Shown here piece after piece: positions 54,194 through 64,000 of a stretch of 64,000 bases of DNA. Origin of the DNA: Octopus vulgaris (Eukaryota). A program made the position numbers and the translations under genes. Every line of letters begins with the position of its first letter. The first letter of the stretch is position 1. The stretch spans positions 83,204,001 through 83,268,000 of the forward strand of contig OX597820.1 in assembly GCA_951406725.2 (NCBI GenBank), read 5' to 3'. The notes under the pieces are model-generated. The model did no database searches, had not been told where the DNA came from, and saw nothing but the letters and a program-made list of their open reading frames with translations.

Positions 54194-54839
54194 TGATAAA
54201 TCTCAGAGAGAGTCATTCCGTAACAATTCTTTAGAATAAAGGCTATTTGCCAGCATAATGTGGCTATTATATTATATTATAACATATCATTTTGTTTCAC
54301 ATATACTATATATTATTCATGATAAGCAGAGTTGAAAAATCTACAGTTTTTAAAACGAGTTGAAATATGTTCCTATTATATTTGTCCTGTAAAAATACTA
54401 TTTTCGCTTCGGGTTGCTATGCGAAATTTCTCGCTTAGTCAATATATGTCTGAGCACCATCAGATATTTGGAGACGCATTCTGGTAGATTGATGAATTTA
54501 TTCCTTGATGGCTATCTATAATCAGTCGTAGGAACCACTCAAGTAAGATAAAACTGAGATGATATTGAAAGCTACAGTTTCCTATAAATAAAAGGACTAT
54601 AAATAAAAGGTATTTACCAACTACTTGTGATAAGCCGTCAGGTTCGACTTAATCATGTATTATACACATTGAGCAGTATTCTGAAATCACCATTATCTTT
54701 TCATCTGGTCGAGATTGCTGAGAAGTTTAAAACTCACCGATGTCTTGGGGAAGACGTTCAGTGTCTTTGCTGAATTGATCTACATATGTTGTGTACTGAT
54801 GATCTGCTCCGATGATCTGATCAGTATTATTGTTCGCTG

Positions 54840-55215
54840 ATATTTTAAAGGCTATTGATTCCATCCGTCGTGGTAAATTGGAAAAAAATACTATAGGCTA
54901 ATGGTATTCCTGGGGAAACAACAGCAGTAGTTATGATGCTCTATAACGTCACCCAATCAATGGTGAAGTCTCCAAACGATGTAACAAATTTCTTTGACGT
55001 CAAATCCAGAATTCTCAAAGGCAACGCACCGGCACCTTTTATATTTGTGATCAATCTGAATTATGTTCACAGAATATCACTTGACAATCTAAGCAATCTC
55101 TTCTTCAGATTCGTGAAAAGATATCGGTCCCCGAAAAAATGAGTAATGTAGAATATGTTGATGATTTAGCCTTGATCTCTGACACAATAACAAACTCCAC
55201 CAAATACTTCGTAGT
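54840..55215 (+). mobile_element. RTE-group LINE RT fragment, degraded
   Basis: FKAIDSIRRGKLEK..GIPGET..MMLYN..SMVKSP..TNFFD..G..PAPFIF..NYV, then EYVDDLALISD. Confidence 0.7.
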
Positions 55216-55876
55216 CTAGAACGGCTGCATATTATCTTGAACTACTTGTTCTGAAATCAGGTAACGTATCTAGTTGTCATATGTGACTTGTAAGGAGAGA
55301 CTTTTAATTTGCGGCTAGTCATGAAGGACATTCTCGATTTATGCAATAACGTGTCAAAACACCATTAGGCACTACGCAGTTCCTCTTGCGATATCGATAA
55401 ATGCATTTGTAGCTATTTGGCTATCATCAATCTGGGGTGCTGATGAATTCTAAACGATCTTTTACAGATCAAATATGGAAAAGATAAATGCATTTGAACT
55501 GATTTAATAATTTGTTTCTATGAGAAGCCTGCTGAACACGCAAAATATTTATTTGAACCTGGCGGCGGATCGCACTCATTCAGTAATGAGTGCTAAACGT
55601 TGTTCTATTTAGGAAGCTATATCTACAGTCATTTCTGTGTTCACGTTTTATATAAACCTCGGCAGGGAAGGTAGTCAACTACTAACAAATGAGTTTATCT
55701 GTCTACCAGAAGATGAACCTGGATGACTGCCGATGGTTTGACAATTGTCACCAAGGCCTAGAATTTTCACCGAAGCTAACTGTAGTGGATATAATATTTT
55801 TACTCAACAAATATTTTTGGACTAACTTATATACATACATACATATATACGTATACACACACACACAAACACCCAG

Positions 55877-55932
<56 letters not shown>

Positions 55933-56256
55933 ATATACTAAGAGTAAATAATATCTTTAATGGTTTTAAAAAAAAAAACAACAATTATTTACTGGTAGCT
56001 TTCGGCATGTAAATATAACTATTAACGGTAGGAACGTCTATAAAGTTCAGTATATATATATTGTATATAAATAAAAGAGGCAGGCAACAGGTTGCTTAGC
56101 CGCATACCGAAAAAATTAGAAATAGCAGTCAGAGATTGTTTATTTCTATTTTCTAGAAATGGGACTTCACATACGACATATCCCTGTAATTCAAATATGC
56201 AAGACAGAAGGAACAAATAACGAAAACAAAGTCTAACAAAGTTTTATATATATATT

Positions 56257-56300
<44 letters not shown>

Positions 56301-56558
56301 GAGAGATAGATAGATAAACCGATATACATATATATGCATATACGTATCTATATATTTGGCAATTTGTGTTTACTTTCTATACCTACACCACACAAAGTAC
56401 CCACCCTTGAATTGCACCTATGGCTTAGATTGTAGTTGGTACTTGCATATCTACGATATCCTACCAACACTTGGTATATTTAATGTTGTTTATTTCAATA
56501 TGAGCTTTGGCGTCTTATGAGTTTATATGCCTTGATTTCTTCGATCCAGGTAATAAAG

Positions 56559-56589
<31 letters not shown>

Positions 56590-56594
<5 letters not shown>

Positions 56595-56870
56595 AGGTTT
56601 GGAGATGATGTACAGGTATTATATATTAGAAGACATGGGGTACTCAGAAATCTGGATGGTTTTATATTTACAGATATTTATTAGTATGTTACGCTTTCGT
56701 CCACTCTAGTAGAGTTGTCAAATTGAACTTTTGCAGGAATTTTGTCTCTTTTTATAGTATTATTGGGCTGGGGAGAGATATAAAATAGTATAAGAGGGTG
56801 AGGAATCGGCAGAATGTGAGAGAGAGGGAGAGTGTTTGTGTGTTTTTTTTTGTATCTGAAAGAGTGTTTA

Positions 56871-56916
<46 letters not shown>

Positions 56917-57950
56917 ATATATGCATATCTGTGTATAGAGAGAAAGGAAGATAGACAGACGGATAGATAGATAGATAAATAGATAGATAGAAATAATATA
57001 CAAAGAGTTTTGGACAGCTGATGTAATATAATAGATATGTTCTATAAGTGCACATTTTGGTTTATCACTAAAACTTAATCTGGAAATGCATTTGAAAATT
57101 GTGGTGTTGGCACTGCCTATAGAAGGCAACTAGAAGTGACTTCTTCTTGACCGAATGAATACGGATTAAAATAAAAACAAATCGGAAAGCCAAATATTTG
57201 GATTCACTCAGAAAAACATTTAATTTAGATAGAAAATATAAACAGTCAGAGTCTCTTACCACTGTTTCGAGAATACCTAAGCATTTGGACCGCGACATTG
57301 TATGTGGAATTTCTTAAGCTAAATATACTGTCTTTGGAGAGAGAGAAGTCATAAAATTATAACAATGAAGAAATATCTGCTATCAATGGTATTAATACTT
57401 TCCTCTTTGTCCGAAGTGAGGAAGGATAAGAGCGAAATCGATATGGTACTTAGAGTGACGTGGGAAGTTAGAGTCTATTATTTGAAAAAATGTTTCGGCT
57501 AAGCCCTTAACGTTTAAGGCAAATGGGGTGTAAACCAGAAAGTCGGTATGCCGTTCCAAGGGTGAATATTTGATAATAAACCATGGCAAAGGATAATTGA
57601 AGTTACCAGTTTCATTTTTGAATAGAATGTGAGTTAGAATTGAGTAGGAATAATTTGCTAACGTTTGAAGGAAAGATGTAGATGCAGCTGAGTAGATATG
57701 CAATTGTCAGCGCATGTTTGTCTAAAGTGTTTAGGGGATGTATACACATAGAGAGAAGAGAAGTAGCAGATGTCTGATATTTTCATCCTATTGCTGACCA
57801 CCAGTGTTTGCCGTAGACTTTAGATGTCAAGGGTAGGAGAGAAGGGGTTAGGATGGTTATAAAGACGTCAAATTACTTGAGCGTGATAGACTAGAGGTGA
57901 AGGGAGTTTTAGGACTCACCTGGTTATAATAGTACTAGAAATATTAGAAT
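56590..57950 (-). mobile_element. Degraded Penelope-like element with pseudo-LTR remnant
   Basis: ORF 57392-57703 has PFALNVKGLAETFFQIIDSNFPRHSKYH (cf. PLE motif PFS.NV....FL.L.D.HFP...LH). A half-hammerhead (ggac-GAAA-gcg-ta) lies near 56688-56703 on the minus strand. (TA)n on the left. Confidence 0.55.
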
Positions 57951-60900
57951 ATTGAGTGAAATAATATTAAATGATATTTGTAGTGTAAATGAAAGTTTAT
58001 GGTCGTTGGGAACATGAAAAAAGTAATAAAAATTTAGAAATGATAAACAAAAAATAAAAGATATTTTAAGTAAATTCTAGTAGACTGAAAGTTCTATAAT
58101 TTCAAAATGTATTTCTATAACACCTCGTGATTAACACTGCTTGAACAGTATTCTTTCTGTGGCCAACGTTTTCGTGGAATAGTTTTTGTATCTAAGATAT
58201 TGGTTCCATCACCACAATCACAAATATGTTGCTGATGTTGTAATAGTCGTTCTTCGAGTGATTTCAAAGAAATATTCATTGCCAACCATTATGTGATTCA
58301 TGTTCTGTAAAAGAAAACTCGTTTTACAAAACTTTTTTTAATGCTATTTTCATTTTCAAATATGTCATCCAAATAAATGCTAATGGACAGAAAAAAGAAT
58401 ATCTTTAATATTAGAGTCGGCCAGAGCACATACTCATACAAAACCTCTATTTCTCAATATTTTCTAAACTGTTGGTCTGTGGAGTTGAAAACAAATGTAC
58501 CAATGAGCACTGTATATTACAGGTCAGAAAGTCAGAGGAGATGTACATATTTAGTGATGTAAACACACACACACACATACACACACACACATATATATAT
58601 ATTGTTTCCAATATTAAAAAAAACTGTCCTCAAAGGAGAAAAAGAAAATTGCTCCATTCAAAGTAAATTTTAATCTTATTTGTTAAAAAGATTTCTAACA
58701 ATATCACGTTGGATCCCTCAGAGTTCACATCAGAATGACCACCAAACATCGACAAATGGGGAAGTGGCAACTAATTAACCATCCACTGGTACTTAGCTCT
58801 CTTCACGTCCCACTAATGCCAACTGAAAATAAAATAAAGTTGGATCACGTGATAATTACCAACCAGTGCCAAGATGTAATGGCATTTAAAAAATCATTTT
58901 ATTGTCATACAGACTGCAGGACAATGCATACGCGCGATGTCCAAGCTGCAGTAAGTTGAATCGTCAGTGTTACATAAATGAATATATTTCCTTTTCTGCT
59001 TTTCACCACGGCTACACATGCGTGGGAAAGACTGGATGTCACTACAGTTGGTAGGATGTTTATAGGACAGATGTTATATATGAGTTGTTTGGGACATAAT
59101 TTCATATTACAACATATTTTAGTCTGAGTAAGTTAGAATATATAGAGATGTCATTTGTACTCTTCTATGAAAGCAAAGAGGAAAAAACCCCAAAAAGTAG
59201 TTTACTTTTTATTCTCAAAATTGATCAACTTGTCTTTTGTATTACAATCAAAATTACTGTGGCATAATTTAATCACTAAACATAATTGAACATCTTAACC
59301 ACTCTTACAATATATTTTTTAAAAAAGCATTTAGTTTTTCAATGTAAGTAGCACAATATCCAATATATTTCCGGTTAAGGTAACTTCCAATAAAGCTGAG
59401 AGTTATGTGAGTTATTGCATTAGATTGGAACTTATTTCAGGAAAAATACTTTCTTACAAAACTGAGAAAGCAACAGCAGAAGCCAAAAATTATTATTTTT
59501 AACCTGCCTCTCATATATGTGCAAAATGAGATGTAGCTAATAATTCTTTAGATCTACAAAAATACGCTTAATGAATCATTAAACCAAATATTAATTAGTC
59601 AAAACAACAGTTTTAGTGGCAAACTATTCTAGAAATATTATCCAAGAGGTCGACTGTAAATGTAAGACAAGCGAGACTTGCGTCATAATGGGAAGATAAA
59701 AAGATAATTAATAAACCTAATTATCAATAAAATAAGATCAAAATCTCCATCTAATGGGTAGCAGAAATAAAAGACACGCAATATGTATCAGGCGTATTAG
59801 TTAATGAGTTATGACATTGCATGTGTATACATAAATACATACATACAGACAGACAGACACCCATACACACTCACACATGTACGCTCACACACAGACATAT
59901 ACATACATAGACACATACTCACACATGCACGCACGCATACACACACACACAAACACACACACACATATATATAGATATATAAATTTTAAAAAAAGTAGTA
60001 TTATTACCGTTATTATTAATAATAATGAGGTAACTAGCAAGATTACACCTTTACAGGTGAAATATAAGCTACATTTATATTCAATACGGTGTTTAAATAC
60101 CACTTGGTATAATCGGAGGCATCGATAGAAAACCATTAGTAACTCACTATTAAAATACCCACCGGCAATGCAATGGACTTTGGAGAAACAGGATTACCTT
60201 GCGTGGAATACATAAGTAAGGAATGTATATTTCACTATCAATTGATTTCAACCTCTGTATGACTAACATACTCTGGTATCGTCAGTTGAAAATAAAATTC
60301 TTAGCATCTATTTCTGAAATATTCATCGCATTACCTCGTGTGCGTTCTTTACTTGAAACATCACCTCGACACTTAAAAGAAAACTATCACGAGCCAGTAT
60401 AAATTTAAATACAGAAGTATTATTACCGTTATTAATGATAGTAGAAAGGTAGGTAACATGTTTACAAATATACAGGGGAAATATCTGCTAAATTGAGATT
60501 CAGTAGACTCTAATTTCCCAAGTCACCATAAGTACCATTCAGTGGTAAACAGATTTATAATAAAATTACCCTACTCCCCGTTTAGGTACCTCTTCCAATA
60601 AACGTAAACTTAATTCCTAGTACCTAAGTACACATAACATAGATTAAAGCACCGAAAATTCTAATACCAACAATGATGGCAAACACTACACCCGCAAACC
60701 TAGCACTGCAACCAGAATTAACCACGATACAAACATCGACGCCTCCCATAAAGTTACAAGCGGAACTGAGGTGAGTGATAATATTAGTACCACCACTAAT
60801 ACTACTATTAATAACTTCAATACGACTGATACCACCACTACTATAAACGCTAGTGATATTTAGGACTGTTTTTTCATGAATTCTTAGGAATCTTGGGAAT

Positions 60901-61049
60901 TAGTAGAGGGTGAAAACTCTGAAGCTTAGAATTTTGTTATTGACGCAAATGCCCATGTATTGGCTGAATGCTATTTTTCTGTTTTGGGGAATTTTGATCC
61001 AATCTTTTACGTAGACTGTTTTTATTTGGCCTATGTATTGCTCTTGACA

Positions 61050-61780
61050 CCCATTGCAGGAGAGGGGACCTTCTCAAAGGCTTTATTTAGATCCCAGACG
61101 ATGAACATTGCAGGCTGCTGTTGTTCCTGATACTTCTCCTGGAGTTGAATGGCACGAAAGGTCATGGCGATTGTGCCTCGAGAAGGTCGGAAGCCACACT
61201 GGGACGCAGGGAGTATGTCTTCCGCGAGGATGAGGAGGTGATTGATTAGGATACTTGCAATAATCAGGAGTGAGATGCATCGGTAGTTGTTGCAATCGTC
61301 TCGATCTCCCTTCTTGTAGATGGGAAAGAAAGTTGCATCGCGAAAGTCGTTTAGTGGTGGGGGTCTTGCTTTCCCAGATCTTAAGGATAAGGAGTAACAG
61401 ATGATTTCTCTGCTCAGGTCCACCGTGCGTGAAACAATTAAAGGGAATGTTGTCTGGTCCTGGAATTCTCCCAGCTTCCAGCTTTCCAGGTCTGCCTCCG
61501 GTTCCTTCGATCCATCGTCATTGGGCTTTTTGAGACAGATTCGAAAGACGATCGCTGAGTAAATTCTTGGAGGTATCGTGGCTGTTGGAGGTGATCGCAC
61601 ACACGGGGCCAGGAACTACTCCACTTTGGCTCAAGAATTGAGACGTGCAGTCTTGATGAGGGTGGTTGTAGCGGACTGCTGGAGTCTATTCACCTTTATC
61701 ATTCCTGCCGGAGTTAATCCGTGGTGCTTGAGATAGCCCTCCACTTTTTACGCCGTTGAGGTCTTGATGCTGGTCATGAT
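61050..61780 (-). mobile_element. RTE (BovB-like) LINE fragment
   Basis: DFRDAT..IYKKGDRDDCNNYRCISLL..LPASQCGFRPSRGT..QLQEK.QEQQ..DLNKAF. Confidence 0.85.
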
Positions 61781-61796
61781 GAATGTTCATGTATAA

Positions 61797-61850
<54 letters not shown>

Positions 61851-61984
61851 TTATATGTATACATTTATATATATATATATATGTTCATATATACAAGTAC
61901 AAATCTATATCTATCTATTTCTCTCTTTGTCTCCCTCTGTTTTCTCTCTCCCTCTCTCCCTATATATATATATATGTATGTATA

Positions 61985-62400
61985 TTCTTTTATTCTTTCT
62001 TTTGATTATTTTAGTCATTAGACTGCGGCCATATTGGGACACTGCCTTGAAGAGTTTGAGTCCATTGATTCGACCCCATTACTTAATTTAATAAAAAATT
62101 ACTGAACCAGGCACTTAGTGTATCGGTCTCTTTTGCCAATTTAATAAGTTACAGAGACATAAACACACGAACACTAGTTGTCAATCGGGAGTTGGGAGAG
62201 CGAGGACACACAAAGACACACAGGAGGACACGCACACAAACACACACAGGCACACACATATGTTTTTCTGTTTCTGTCTACGAGAAGCACTCACATGGCT
62301 TTGCTCAGCCCGAGACTATGGTAGAAGACATTTTCTCAAGCTGCCATGCAGTTGGACTGAACCAAGAACAATGTGATTAGAAGATGGCTTCTTACCACTC
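61985..62400 (-). mobile_element. SINE family A copy
   Basis: Collinear with 1459-1850 (gtcattagactgcggccat..cccgagactatggtagaagaca..tgccatgcagttggactgaacc). Confidence 0.82.
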
Positions 62401-62409
62401 AAATTTGTA

Positions 62410-62610
62410 TATCTTTGTGTTTGTGTTCGTCCACTGCCTGACAACTAGTGTAGGTGGAATTAACCCCTGTTTCTAATCAGTTTAGCTAAAGAGGCCGACA
62501 GGCTAAGCATCAGGCTTTAAAATATAAAGCGCTGCTGTCGATTCGTTCGAGTAAGATTCTACAAGGCGATGTACCAGCATGGTCGCAGCCTGATAACTAA
62601 CATGAAAAGT
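62410..62610 (+). mobile_element. SINE family A 3' half, inverted relative to its neighbour
   Basis: gcctgacaac..gtcgattcgttcga..aaggcgatgtaccagcatggtcgcag. Confidence 0.65.
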
Positions 62611-63082
62611 GCATGAGATAATTCATTTACACGTGAATATTGATATTGTCTTACATCTATTGAAGAAAAACAATCTCCAGCAATATACAGTTAAGTTCAA
62701 TTCTATATGATGTCTCTGAAATCATTCTATCTTTCTAGAAATTTTCACAGCATTCATGAATATGTCCTGTCTTTAAAAGCTGAACTTACGTTCAGCTGCA
62801 TTGCTATTTTAACACATCTTCTGACAGCGCGATATTTCCTGCAAATAATATCTTATACAATGATACTGTAATGTGGTACTTTGGAAGTATATATATACTA
62901 ATTTGCTGACATTTTAGGCAGCTGTTTCCTGCGTAATTGATATATATGTATAAAATCTCAGGATTTTAGAAGCAAATTTGATAGGATATAAATCGTTTAT
63001 CAAAATTTAAATGTCACATACTGATTTTCCATTTCATAGATACATTACGCACGCACACACACACACACCCACACACACACAT

Positions 63083-63122
<40 letters not shown>

Positions 63123-63124
63123 GT

Positions 63125-63430
63125 CTTTTATCTTTTCTTTTTTATCTTTTACTTGTTTTAGTGATAAGTCTGCAGGCGTGTTAGTGTATCGCTTTGAAGA
63201 ATTCTCGTCGAATGCATCAATCCCGTATGGAATTTTTTAAAGCCTGTTACTTATTCAATTGGTATTTTGCAGAATCGCCGTGTTATGGAAGCGAAAACAC
63301 TACCAGCGGTTGTCAAGCGCTGGTGTTTGTGGGTGAACAAAGGCACAAAGACACACCCACACAATGGACATATATACGCCGGCTTATTTTAGTTTCCGTC
63401 TTCCAAATCAAGACTCTCAACTTGTCATAG
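63125..63430 (-). mobile_element. SINE family A copy, degraded
   Basis: ttttacttgttttagt..ccagcggttgtcaagcg..agtttccgtcttccaaatc. Confidence 0.7.
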
Positions 63431-63789
63431 AAGTAGTGTATAAAACAAGAGGGTTATTAATATTGCCTGCGTTAGTGAGTACAATAAAACGTAGATGTAA
63501 ATGTATGCCGTTGGCTAAAAATACGGTTAAAATGCAACTGCAAGTACAACTTAGACGTGTGATGTAATTTGGATGAATGAATATACTATAGTTTACAAAT
63601 AATTTGAAACCTAGGTTTTCCTATCGAAAATAGATAAACATAGATAGAGAAGATGATACACGCACATATACATATACATTCGGAATCTATTATATTGTAA
63701 TGTTGTAGAGTTAGATATGTGATGGTTTATGTAGATGTACATAACATTTATGTACATATAGTCGTCTGTATAGCTAGCTAGCTGAGCAG

Positions 63790-64000
63790 CTAAATGCATA
63801 TTTGAGAGGAATAATAGTTGCCCTAAGACAGTGCCTGTGGAACTTTACTTGCTATTCGTGCTTCCTTAGATGTGACTCCATTGGTCACCACTGCCTGACA
63901 TCTATCTCCAAGTTTTACACCTATGCCAAGGTCTCGCAGTTTATGGCATATCATACCATGGTCGACTTTGCCAGAAGCTTTTGCAATGTCGAGATACATC
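63790..64000 (-). mobile_element. CR1/L2-group RT fragment running off the window end
   Basis: Minus strand LDIAKASGKVDHGMICHKLRDLGIG followed by a VPQ-(G)TVLGQL-like motif. Confidence 0.75.

Noticed and set aside
60645-60865. Open Thr/Asn-rich frame with a GAG|GTGAGT donor-like site
   Set aside because: Looks like a decayed trinucleotide repeat, with no clear acceptor or homology.

Overview
AT-rich, microsatellite-dense eukaryotic (animal) DNA made up almost entirely of transposable-element debris. The SINE types and the (TA)n/(AAT)n load suggest a cephalopod such as Octopus; this is an inference. I can support no host protein-coding gene, RNA gene or CRISPR array, so the window looks intergenic or deep-intronic. 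Main contents: (1) a full-length 5.4-kb Tx1-clade LINE (1850-7248, minus) inside the tRNA-derived head of a SINE, with a perfect 16-bp target-site duplication, plus three older Tx1 remnants; (2) about nine R4/Dong-type RLE-LINE pieces in (AAT)n tracts with consistent strand polarity; (3) Penelope-like pieces, two with hammerhead-ribozyme folds; (4) six Tc1/mariner relics; (5) RTE and CR1-group fragments; (6) two tRNA-SINE families, here called A and B. The most interesting signal is a SINE/LINE network visible within the window. SINE family B carries the 3' tail of the Tx1 LINE, SINE family A carries the 3' tail of the CR1-group LINE, and three separate Tx1-type 3' ends are joined in sense orientation to tRNA-like SINE heads. 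This suggests a Tx1 lineage that targets SINE heads and mobilises its own SINE. All alignments were done by eye; no database search was run.
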